Positions 16,646-24,838 of a stretch of DNA of 64,000 bases are shown here, in pieces. Every line of letters begins with the position of its first letter. Position 1 is the first letter of the stretch. Made by a program: the position numbers and the translations under genes. The notes beneath the pieces are model-generated. The model searched no databases. It had not been told where the DNA came from and saw only the letters and a list, made by a program, of their open reading frames with translations. This DNA comes from Candidatus Iainarchaeum sp. (GTDB lineage: Archaea > Iainarchaeota > Iainarchaeia > Iainarchaeales > GCA-2688035). The DNA lies in the NCBI GenBank assembly GCA_017610175.1, contig JAFCCO010000003.1:1-64000 (forward strand), given 5' to 3'.

Positions 16646-17766
16646 TCAAGGTATTTTAGCACTGCATCTTTCGGGACCATTAAAGAAATCTTTCTTGTCC
16701 TGCCGCGCACGCCCTTTTCAGTGAATGCCGCCCTAATTAGGTTGAGCGATTCAAGCTTTGAAACCATTGCCCTAAAGCTTCGCTCAGTAAGCGGTTTTTC
16801 AACAGAGGAACTGTACTTCTTAAACAGTTCGCCAGTGCTTGCCTGACCATTGCTTGGAACAAGCGAAAGCAGTGCCTTTTCGTGTTCTGAGAGTGATGAA
16901 ACATATTTCTTTACGCCCGAGGCATCAACCTCCGCAAAAACCTGCTGAAGGTGTTCGGGTGAAAGCTGCGAAGCATTTTCCTTTTCCGCAAGCCTGCCGG
17001 CTCGAAGCAGGCACTCGATTGCAATTCTTGCGTCCCCCCCAAGCTTTGCGGCGTGGGCTGCGGCAACATTGATTGTTTCCTTTTCAATGGCAGAGTCAAA
17101 GAAAGCATACTGTGCACGCTCGCGCAGAATGTCCTTGAGCTGCTGCGGATTGTATGGTTCGAACAAAATTGTCTGGTGCGCAAGGCTGCTTTTAACACGC
17201 GAATCAAGTTTTGAGGAGAAAGAAAAATCGTTGCTGATCAGAACAATGCCAAACCTTGCCTTCTCAAATTCAACAACGCGAAGCAGGTCATAGAAAAGCT
17301 TGCTTGCCTCATCAGCATACATAAGCTGGTCAACCTCGTCCAGCACAATAATCGGGGTAAACTTGGCGCGCTTCAAAGCGAAAAGAAGTTTTGTGTAAGC
17401 TTCATCAGTTGCAATTCCCCTGCGCGGGGTCGGCTCCCCCAAAAAATTGCTTATTTCGGTGAGGATTCCGTGCCTTGTGTTGAACTCAAAGCAGTTTAAG
17501 TAAAGGGCCTTTGCCCTGTCAGAGAATTCCTCAAGCTCCTTAACCACATATTTTACTGCAACGGTCTTTCCTGTCCCGCTTTTTCCAAGCACAAGGGAAT
17601 TTTGCGGCTTTTTGCCCTCGGTAATTGGCTTTAAAGCAAAAACAAGGGAATCAATCTCTGCATCGCGGTGAGGCAGCTTCTCCGGAACAAATTCAGGGTA
17701 GAGAAAACGCTCGTCCCTGAAAATTGAGTTTTCCCGCGATTTTTTGGCAAAAATATTGGTTCCCAT
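16642..17766 (-). CDS. cdc6: Orc1/Cdc6 replication initiator
   Basis: FVPEKLPHRD, GKSGTGKT, VLDEVDQL, FEPYNPQQLKDIL, GDARIAI and C-terminal wHTH (GVRGRTR). Confidence 0.95.
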   Translation of the reverse strand: MGTNIFAKKSRENSIFRDERFLYPEFVPEKLPHRDAEIDSLVFALKPITEGKKPQNSLVLGKSGTGKTVAVKYVVKELEEFSDRAKALYLNCFEFNTRHGILTEISNFLGEPTPRRGIATDEAYTKLLFALKRAKFTPIIVLDEVDQLMYADEASKLFYDLLRVVEFEKARFGIVLISNDFSFSSKLDSRVKSSLAHQTILFEPYNPQQLKDILRERAQYAFFDSAIEKETINVAAAHAAKLGGDARIAIECLLRAGRLAEKENASQLSPEHLQQVFAEVDASGVKKYVSSLSEHEKALLSLVPSNGQASTGELFKKYSSSVEKPLTERSFRAMVSKLESLNLIRAAFTEKGVRGRTRKISLMVPKDAVLKYLD

Positions 17767-17826
17767 GCACTAAATTTAGGGCAGAAGTGGTTAAAATGTT
17801 TTGCAGAAAATAATTAAACTGGGAAA

Positions 17827-18648
17827 ATGGCATCAAAAATACTGTTTGGAACGGCAGGGGTTCCAATATCCACAAAATCAAGGGATTCTGTCTCAGGCAT
17901 AAAGAGGGTTAGGGAGCTTGGGCTTGATGCAATGGAGCTTGAGTTTGTGCGGGGGGTTTCCATGGGACAGGAAACCGCCAAGAAAGTTGCAAAAACCGCA
18001 ATGGAAGAGAACATTGTTCTGAGTGTGCACGCACCATACTACATCAACCTAAACAGCGAGGACGCAAAGAAAAAGCAGGCAAGCAAGAAAAGAATTTGGG
18101 ACTCAATGGAAATTGGAAACATATGCGGTGCACAGACCGTTACATTTCACCCTGCGTTTTATGGAACAGGGTCAAAGGAAGAGTGCATGAAAGAAGTCGA
18201 GAATGCATTAAATGAGCTTGCGGACAAGGCAAGGGAGAAGGGGTTTGGGGTAAAACTCGCCCCTGAAACAACCGGAAAGAACAGCGTTTTTGGAAGCCTT
18301 GACGAAACCGTTGAATTGTGCAGGAGAGTTAAGGGGATTTTGCCAATGCCGGACTTTGCGCATTTGCACGCAAGGTGCAACGGCTGTTTGAAGAAAAAGC
18401 AGGATTTTGTAAAGCTGATTGAAAAAATACCGCGCAAGTATTTGGGTGAACTGCACATGCATGCAAGCGGAATCAATTATTCTGAGAAGGGAGAGCGCAA
18501 CCACCTCACAATGGAGGAAAGCGATTTCAATTACAAAGCAATGCTTGAAGCCTTGAAGGCAAAGAGGGTTTCGGGGGTAATAATCTGCGAAAGCCCAAAC
18601 ATTGAAAAAGACGCGCTCTTGATGAAAAAGTTTTGGGAAAAACTCTAG
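17827..18648 (+). CDS. nfo: Endonuclease IV (AP endonuclease family 2)
   Basis: FGTAGVP, ELEFVRGV, SVHAPYYINLNS, FHPAFY, PETTGK, DFAHLHAR, HMHASGI and ICESP motifs. Confidence 0.93.
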   Translation: MASKILFGTAGVPISTKSRDSVSGIKRVRELGLDAMELEFVRGVSMGQETAKKVAKTAMEENIVLSVHAPYYINLNSEDAKKKQASKKRIWDSMEIGNICGAQTVTFHPAFYGTGSKEECMKEVENALNELADKAREKGFGVKLAPETTGKNSVFGSLDETVELCRRVKGILPMPDFAHLHARCNGCLKKKQDFVKLIEKIPRKYLGELHMHASGINYSEKGERNHLTMEESDFNYKAMLEALKAKRVSGVIICESPNIEKDALLMKKFWEKL

Positions 18649-19538
18649 CCCTTGCTTCCCATAAACAGGCTTACCGCCAACCCTGTTACAAGCGCAACAA
18701 GCGAAGTTGATTGGAAGTATGCAAGGGACAGGAGCTGTTCAATTGGAATTTCGGCCCAAATGAATCCGAGCAATATGGAAAGTGAGCCGCCCACAACAAG
18801 CGCAATAATAAGGTGCCTTATCCCTGTAAGGTAATTGTGGTAAGTTGTTTTGATGAAGATGAATGCCGCAACCAGGAAAAGACCGAAGAAAATAATTCCA
18901 ACCAGTTCGTTTGGGGCTGAAACTGTTACCCCACTGAACACACCGAACTGTGCAACAACCATGTAGCTTAGAACCGCGAGAAGGCTTCTGTCATGGAATG
19001 ATTCAAGCAGTTTCCTAGGGGACAGAGCCTGTCTGGTAAGCATTGCAGGCGACTGCAATTGGGTCGGGGTAATTGCGGGCGCAGCCTTTGCCTCTTTTGC
19101 AAGTTCCTTCTGGAGCTCTGTTTCAACCGCTTCCTTAACATCCTCACGGATTTCACCCATTTTCAATGGCCTTGCCTTGGTCCACTCGCGCTTAACCGAA
19201 AGCAGGGAAATAATTAATGCCACAACCGCAAAAATTACCCCGATTGTTCCAATCCCCAGAACAAAAAGATTTGGGGGGTCAATAAACAATTCAGACTGGA
19301 ACCGCACAAAGAACGCAAGAAGTGAAGCCAGAACTATCAGGAAAAGAATAAACCTTTTGATGAATGAGAGAAGCCAGGAGAACAATTTAATAACAATAAT
19401 CAGCAGGACAAATGCAACAATAACAGTTATTCCCGCAATTGCAATCGCAGATGAATCAAGATTTATCAGCGCAGGCAGGAACTGCTGAAGAAAATAATTT
19501 ACAGGGTCACTTATTATAGCGCCAATTTCAAGATTCAT
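18645..19538 (-). CDS. Multi-pass membrane protein, unknown function
   Basis: About 3 TM helices, a charged helical linker, then about 4 TM helices. Confidence 0.7.
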   Translation of the reverse strand: MNLEIGAIISDPVNYFLQQFLPALINLDSSAIAIAGITVIVAFVLLIIVIKLFSWLLSFIKRFILFLIVLASLLAFFVRFQSELFIDPPNLFVLGIGTIGVIFAVVALIISLLSVKREWTKARPLKMGEIREDVKEAVETELQKELAKEAKAAPAITPTQLQSPAMLTRQALSPRKLLESFHDRSLLAVLSYMVVAQFGVFSGVTVSAPNELVGIIFFGLFLVAAFIFIKTTYHNYLTGIRHLIIALVVGGSLSILLGFIWAEIPIEQLLSLAYFQSTSLVALVTGLAVSLFMGSKG

Positions 19539-19621
19539 CGTATTTTATAGGACCAAACCTATATTTATTTTTTTACTAACAAAAACGAAGGATATTTAAG
19601 CACTTGAGCGTGAACTATGAT

Positions 19622-19918
19622 ATGGGGGATGATGCAAAGGAAGAGGCAAAGCCAATTGCTAAGGCATTAGGAACCATAGATAAGGCATTTGACAAATTCA
19701 GCAGTTACCTTAGTGACCGGATATCCACCTTTGTTGCATTTCTTTTTGTACTCATTGCAGTTGGGGCATTTTATGGTTATTTGGTGGTGCCAAGGTTTCC
19801 GGAAATTTCAATTTACCTGCTCCTTACCCCGCTTGGGCTTGCATTGGTTGCTTACTACAACAGGACCTTTGCAACAATTTTGTTTGCTGGGCTCTTGCTG
19901 ATTACCGTTTTGCTGTGA
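19622..19918 (+). CDS. Small membrane protein
   Basis: ATG at 19622; three hydrophobic segments; directly upstream of the wHTH-TM gene. Confidence 0.65.
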   Translation: MGDDAKEEAKPIAKALGTIDKAFDKFSSYLSDRISTFVAFLFVLIAVGAFYGYLVVPRFPEISIYLLLTPLGLALVAYYNRTFATILFAGLLLITVLL

Positions 19919-19924
19919 TTTTAT

Positions 19925-20533
19925 ATGACTGATATAATACTTGGAAACGTTGAGTTCAAGGCACTTGCATCAGAAACAAGGTCAGGCATTATTAAACTGC
20001 TTAATGAAAGGAACTACACCCTAAGCGAAATAAGCAAGAAAATGGAACTTGCCGCACCAACAATTAAGCAGCACCTTGCCCTGCTTGAGGGCGCAGGGCT
20101 TATTCAGCAAATGGACGAGGGCAGAAAATGGAAATATTATTCACTTACAAAAAAAGGGATACGCATTCTCAACCCGGAAGCACCAACCAATGTGCTGATA
20201 ATCCTTGGGCTTTCAGTAATTGGATTTTTGGGGGTTTTCTACAGCCTGTTTTCAAGAATCTCAATGCAAACCATGGTTTTAACCGCACCAGTAAACAAAC
20301 AGATCAATGATCTGCCGCTTCTTGGAAAAGCAGCAGAATCAATAACAGAAGATGCTCTTGCAGTCGCCCCTGCAACGGCAGTTAACTGTGTTGCGGAGGC
20401 TGCACCAGTAATTGGAAGGGGAATTCCACTTCCCGAAGTGGTGGCACTTGTTGTCGCAGGAATCGCTTTGCTTGCAATAACCCTAATTTTTATGCCAACG
20501 CTGTTCAAAAAGAAAAAACGTTCTTCTTCCTAA
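19925..20533 (+). CDS. ArsR-type winged-HTH regulator with C-terminal TM segments
   Basis: FKALASETRSGIIKLL...TLSEISKKM...TIKQHLALLEGAGLI...RKWKYYSLTKKG followed by two hydrophobic helices. Confidence 0.85.
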   Translation: MTDIILGNVEFKALASETRSGIIKLLNERNYTLSEISKKMELAAPTIKQHLALLEGAGLIQQMDEGRKWKYYSLTKKGIRILNPEAPTNVLIILGLSVIGFLGVFYSLFSRISMQTMVLTAPVNKQINDLPLLGKAAESITEDALAVAPATAVNCVAEAAPVIGRGIPLPEVVALVVAGIALLAITLIFMPTLFKKKKRSSS

Positions 20534-21467
20534 GCTCGCCAATATAGTTTGGCTTGTGCGACGTTGTTTTCAAAAAAAGGTGGGAAACTGTGTTTGTTAC
20601 AAAGCCCGCCCTGAAAGAAATCTTGCTTATGAGGGAATAGAGCTCATCCACATTCTTTGTTCTGATTACCGAAAGAAAACTGTGCCCTGAAAGAAGAGCG
20701 TGGAGCTCGTGCACCTGAGGCAGGCCGCAAAGCATTAATGAAAAGCGGGCGCGGAATTCAGGGGGCACATCAAACAAAACCATTGTGCGCAAAGCCATGC
20801 CTGCATCAAAGTAGTTATCCGGATTAACAAGCGGGGATTTTTTCAGCACAATCTTTGCCTTCCTCAGCTTTCTCCATCTTCTCGAAATTGTGTTCTTGTG
20901 TACCGATATCTCCTTGCCTATTTCGCGAAGCGTTTTGTCCGGATCAATCATTTTCTTGTCAAGCAGGCTTAGATCAATTTCGTCAAGATCAGCGGGGCCC
21001 TTATAGGTGCCGACACAGAGATTGTGTGTTTTGAACTGGTCGGTAACAAAAAGAACCTCCGGTTGTTTAAGCACTTCACCGAATTTGGTTGTAAGCTCAA
21101 GAATTAATGCGTTTATGCTGGCAACATCCTTGCCCACAATTTTGATTGCAAAATCCTTTTCACCGGTAATAAATGCGGCCACATGAACCTGTGGGAACTC
21201 AACAAGCTTTTTCATAAGCTCGCCCTGGTCCTCAACTTCGCTACCTATTGAAAAAAGAACCCATGCAAGGCCGTTTAGCCCAAGCTTTCTGTAATCAATC
21301 TTATACCTAAAACCCTGGAAGACATTGTTCTTTCTCAGCTTGTTGATTGAATAGTTTGTTGTAGAGGACTTTAATCTGAGCTTTTTGGCAATTTCCTCAT
21401 CCGAATAGTGCAGGCCGTGTTGAACGGCAAAATCAAGAATTTTCAAATCTACCGGATTTAAACCCAT
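20505..21467 (-). CDS. Tandem (double) Lrp/AsnC-family transcriptional regulator
   Basis: Two HTH+RAM units: LNPVDLKIL...IAKKL...ITGEKDF and LDEIDLSLL...IGKEI...LSGHSF. Confidence 0.85.
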   Translation of the reverse strand: MGLNPVDLKILDFAVQHGLHYSDEEIAKKLRLKSSTTNYSINKLRKNNVFQGFRYKIDYRKLGLNGLAWVLFSIGSEVEDQGELMKKLVEFPQVHVAAFITGEKDFAIKIVGKDVASINALILELTTKFGEVLKQPEVLFVTDQFKTHNLCVGTYKGPADLDEIDLSLLDKKMIDPDKTLREIGKEISVHKNTISRRWRKLRKAKIVLKKSPLVNPDNYFDAGMALRTMVLFDVPPEFRARFSLMLCGLPQVHELHALLSGHSFLSVIRTKNVDELYSLISKISFRAGFVTNTVSHLFLKTTSHKPNYIGELRKKNVFSF

Positions 21468-21519
21468 TTTACTGCCTCTAAATATACATAATCACAAACA
21501 TAATTTAAACACTTTCGTG

Positions 21520-21555
21520 AAAATCACCTCAAAATAGGCAATTTTTGGTGATTTT
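21520..21555. promoter_or_regulatory. Inverted repeat, candidate operator in the divergent promoter region
   Basis: AAAATCACC-tc-AAAAT-aggca-ATTTT-t-GGTGATTTT between the double-Lrp gene and the 21608 ORF. Confidence 0.5.
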
Positions 21556-21607
21556 TATCAAGACTTCTTATATCCTCGTAATGTTGCAAGTATAATTGGG
21601 GTTAGAA

Positions 21608-21850
21608 ATGGAGCGATATGCGGTGCTGAGAGCAATAGGGATTGTAACGACACTTCTATCACTTTACAGAGGGCTAACTTCGTCAATTCCAGTGGACGAC
21701 TTAATCGCAATGCTTGCAATAGCACTTGCAATAATATGGCTTGGCAACGACCTCAAAAAAAATAAAGAAGTAAATGAGGTTGTTGAACAAGCACAAAAGC
21801 AAGAAACGGAGCTAGAGAAACTAATTACGGCGAACGGGTTGGGACTCTGA
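21608..21850 (+). CDS. Small 2-TM protein with C-terminal coiled coil
   Basis: ATG at 21608 with GGGG upstream; two hydrophobic helices then a charged helix. Confidence 0.55.
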   Translation: MERYAVLRAIGIVTTLLSLYRGLTSSIPVDDLIAMLAIALAIIWLGNDLKKNKEVNEVVEQAQKQETELEKLITANGLGL

Positions 21851-21916
21851 ATAAAATTCGGCAAAAGACGATAGCGGAAATTTGTTTAAAGAATTTTCCA
21901 AAGATGCTCTTTTTGA

Positions 21917-22444
21917 ATGCGCCGGATTAACAAACAAGGGTTCCTGTGTTTCCTTTTGGTAGCGGCATTTGTTTCACTTAGCCTGCAGGCTTCAAAAATT
22001 CCGGAAACTAAGAAGCTTTGGGAAGGTGAAGCGATTGCGATGGAAGCTGCGAATGCAAACTTCTTAAGAAGTGTGATTGAAGAAAATACAGACCTAATAG
22101 TTGCAAAAACAATTGCAATTGAAAGCGCAAGCTGCGAAACCAACCCGCACGAAGTGAAGCAAAAAATAAATGAAGCACTCATTCGATACTTTGATGGGAT
22201 TGAGAGAAAAAGCAGCTTTGCACCAAAAGCCCTAACAAACACCAATGAAAAAATTGGCCTGGTTTTTCTTAACGCAAACAGTTCACTGATTATAAAAAGA
22301 AATTTGCTGGGTTGTGAAGGCATTTACAGATTCCACGGGGGCATCACAAAAAGCAACTTTGTAAAAGCGGAGATATCAGGAAAGAACTTCACGCAGGAAT
22401 TCAGAATCCCAACAGGCTACACAATTACGGGAGGATTTGCATGA
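21917..22444 (+). CDS. Pilin-like protein (possible class III signal peptide)
   Basis: NKQG|FLCFLLV N-terminus; first of four overlapping genes. Confidence 0.6.
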   Translation: MRRINKQGFLCFLLVAAFVSLSLQASKIPETKKLWEGEAIAMEAANANFLRSVIEENTDLIVAKTIAIESASCETNPHEVKQKINEALIRYFDGIERKSSFAPKALTNTNEKIGLVFLNANSSLIIKRNLLGCEGIYRFHGGITKSNFVKAEISGKNFTQEFRIPTGYTITGGFA

Positions 22445-22797
22445 AAAACAGGGGCCAACTTCAGCTTGAAGCAACTATTTGCATCGCCCTGCTCTTCGCA
22501 ATCACGGCGGCGGCACTCTCAACAGTTGCAGAAATTAAAACGCAACACCTTGAAAGCAATGAACTTCTTTTTGCTAAAGCAGGCGCACACAAATGCAGCC
22601 TTATTGCGGGAACAATTTTTGGCAACGGGAGTGGAAAAGTTGAAACAATGGAAAACTGTTTTGCCGCCGGAGAACACAAAGTTGTGTACAAATTTAACGA
22701 CAAAGAAAAATCCAGCTACAGCCTGTCCCGCATTTCATCAACCCAAACAGGCAGTCGTACAATCCTTGAGGCTGAGGTGAATGCCCATTACCAATAA
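22441..22797 (+). CDS. Class III signal peptide minor pilin
   Basis: MKNRG|QLQLEATICIALL. Confidence 0.75.
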   Translation: MKNRGQLQLEATICIALLFAITAAALSTVAEIKTQHLESNELLFAKAGAHKCSLIAGTIFGNGSGKVETMENCFAAGEHKVVYKFNDKEKSSYSLSRISSTQTGSRTILEAEVNAHYQ

Positions 22798-23236
22798 GGG
22801 CTTTGCCCTATCCGCAGATACCGCATTGTCTGCAATGGCAATGTTTGTGATGCTGTTTGTAATAACCGCACACACCGGTTCGGCGGCAAAAGAATCGGCA
22901 AACGCAATAAATGCGTTCGGGCTTGAGAAAAATGCGTTACTTATTGCAGATGCCCTTGTAAAAAACAAGTTCGAAAATCCCTTGCTTGGAAGCGCCGTAT
23001 TCAATGAGGAAAAGCACAGGGTGGAAAGCAATGAACTTAATTTGGAGAGATTTAGAAAGGCAAGAGCAATTGAATCGGACGAGTTCATTGTGAAAGAGAT
23101 TTACATCAAAGAGAATGGGTTGGAGGAAAGAAAGCGGTTAAGCAAATTGGATGGGGTGAATTGCCTTGCGGTTGAAAGGCTTGTTTTGGTTAATGAAAAG
23201 AAGGCGATTGCAGGGGTTGTTGTGTGTGAAAAGTAA
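22781..23236 (+). CDS. Class III signal peptide minor pilin
   Basis: NKG|FALSADTALSAMAMFV; similar to 55579-56082. Confidence 0.7.
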   Translation: MPITNKGFALSADTALSAMAMFVMLFVITAHTGSAAKESANAINAFGLEKNALLIADALVKNKFENPLLGSAVFNEEKHRVESNELNLERFRKARAIESDEFIVKEIYIKENGLEERKRLSKLDGVNCLAVERLVLVNEKKAIAGVVVCEK

Positions 23237-23597
23237 CGGGCTTTTTGCAAGCATTGAAGCAACCCTGAGCCTGCTTATGTTGATAGCGGTTGTTGTTTCA
23301 ATGCCAAGAACCGAACAGCCAAACCTTGAGACCCTGCATATTCTGCAAAAAGAACATGATCTTCTGCTTATTTGGGCAAAAACCTGGCCTGTGCAGCCCG
23401 ATGAAATGGAAGGTGACTTTAGGAAATTATTCCCCGGAAAGAACGGGGCAGTGGAACTGAATACCGACTTGAGGGAAATTGGGGCACTGGAAGGAGAGAT
23501 TGTTTCGTCCGAAATGCATTTTCTTGACCGGTCAGGAAACTGGAACAGGGTTGTTGTTTACGTGGTCAAGAAAAACAAGCCCATTTTCTTTTCTTAG
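23226..23597 (+). CDS. Class III signal peptide minor pilin
   Basis: GTG at 23226: MKSNG|LFASIEATLSLLML; similar N-terminus to 56079-56393. Confidence 0.65.
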   Translation: MKSNGLFASIEATLSLLMLIAVVVSMPRTEQPNLETLHILQKEHDLLLIWAKTWPVQPDEMEGDFRKLFPGKNGAVELNTDLREIGALEGEIVSSEMHFLDRSGNWNRVVVYVVKKNKPIFFS

Positions 23598-23966
23598 CAG
23601 AATGAATGACTTTTCAGATATCGACTGGCGCAATGAAGGAATTTCGTTTGGAAAAGTTAGGGGGATTGTTTTTTCCACGCCAAGAGCCTTGCTTTCCACC
23701 CTAAGAACAAGCTCGTGCCCATCTGATTCAATAAGCCATTCGTTTACCGGCCTGGCTTCAAGTTGAAAGGAAGAGCCGTTGCCAAGAAATGAAAGTTCCC
23801 CCGCACGCAGTTCAAGCGAGGAAGCGAAATTCTTTGCTGCAAGAACATCGCTTGCATAAAAAGCAAGCGAATAAGTCCTGTACATTAATGGCGCAAGGGC
23901 TGCAAAAAAGGAAAGCAGAATCGCCAAAAGCAGGAGATATTCAATGCTTGCCTGAGCTCTTGCCAT
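23532..23966 (-). CDS. Class III signal peptide pilin-like protein
   Basis: MARA|QASIEYLLLLAILL (QxSxE motif). Confidence 0.75.
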   Translation of the reverse strand: MARAQASIEYLLLLAILLSFFAALAPLMYRTYSLAFYASDVLAAKNFASSLELRAGELSFLGNGSSFQLEARPVNEWLIESDGHELVLRVESKALGVEKTIPLTFPNEIPSLRQSISEKSFILLRKENGLVFLDHVNNNPVPVS

Positions 23967-23971
23967 TCAAA

Positions 23972-24154
23972 TCAAATCTTATCGATTTCCTTGAATATCT
24001 TGTCACTCTTTTCCTGAATCAATTTTGTCCCCTCCTCGCTTGTTTCACGAAGTTGTGAAACAAAAAGCAGAACAAGGGCTACAACAGCCGCAAGCACAAT
24101 AATCAATTCAATTGAAATTTGTGCCCTTTCACAGCCAACAGTTTCCAAAAACAT
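23972..24154 (-). CDS. Short class III signal peptide pilin (DUF361-like)
   Basis: ERA|QISIELIIVLAAVVALVLL followed by a short amphipathic helix. Start approximate. Confidence 0.75.
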   Translation of the reverse strand: MFLETVGCERAQISIELIIVLAAVVALVLLFVSQLRETSEEGTKLIQEKSDKIFKEIDKI

Positions 24155-24263
24155 AAAAAGAAACCTGCCCAAAACGCATTAAAAAAGATTGCGGGAATTC
24201 GTTGAAAAGCGAAAAAAAAGACAGGGCATTGTTTTTAATTATTTGCGGGCAAATGAGAGTAGT

Positions 24264-24836
24264 ATGAAAGCAAAGGAAAGAAACGACCTCATAGTCAGCT
24301 GGCTTACGATCAGCGTAGCCTTTGCAATGCTTATTGGGCGGGGTTTCCTCAACATTGTTGCTTTTGTGGTTGCATTCCCAATAAGCGCAATAGTTGTCGG
24401 AACCGGATTTATTGCGCACGAAATGGCACACAGGCAGATGGCAAAAAGGTTTGGCGCGCACGCAGAATACAGGGCGTGGCAAATAGGCCTTATTTTTGCA
24501 TTGATTTCCGCACTCTTTGGATTCATATTTGCCGCACCCGGAGCGGTTTACATTTTTGGAAACATAACCAGAAAGCAGAATGGAATAATTTCACTCGCAG
24601 GGCCTGCAACAAATGTGGTCATTGCTATAGGATTCCTTATACTTGAGTGGTTTCAATTTAACAGCTGGACAAATGTCCTGGGAATGTTGGGCTTCCAAAT
24701 AAACATGTTCCTTGCGCTTTTCAACATGCTTCCAATCGGGCCCCTTGATGGGAAAAAAGTTTTTGTTTGGGATCCAAGAATTTGGGCATTGTTCTTTGTG
24801 CCGCTTGCGGTGGCATACCTAATTGGAATTATTTAG
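24264..24836 (+). CDS. Site-2 protease (peptidase M50) family membrane metalloprotease
   Basis: HEMAH zinc motif, AAPGAV, SLAGPATN and FNMLPIGPLDGKKV. Start at ATG 24264. Confidence 0.93.
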   Translation: MKAKERNDLIVSWLTISVAFAMLIGRGFLNIVAFVVAFPISAIVVGTGFIAHEMAHRQMAKRFGAHAEYRAWQIGLIFALISALFGFIFAAPGAVYIFGNITRKQNGIISLAGPATNVVIAIGFLILEWFQFNSWTNVLGMLGFQINMFLALFNMLPIGPLDGKKVFVWDPRIWALFFVPLAVAYLIGII

Positions 24837-24838
24837 AA

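Noticed and set aside
16642-18000. Replication origin (ORB repeats) next to cdc6
   Set aside because: The upstream gap is only 60 nt with no repeated ORB-like boxes; the GGGGGGTTTCC...GGAAACC stretch near 17950-17980 is coding sequence of endonuclease IV.
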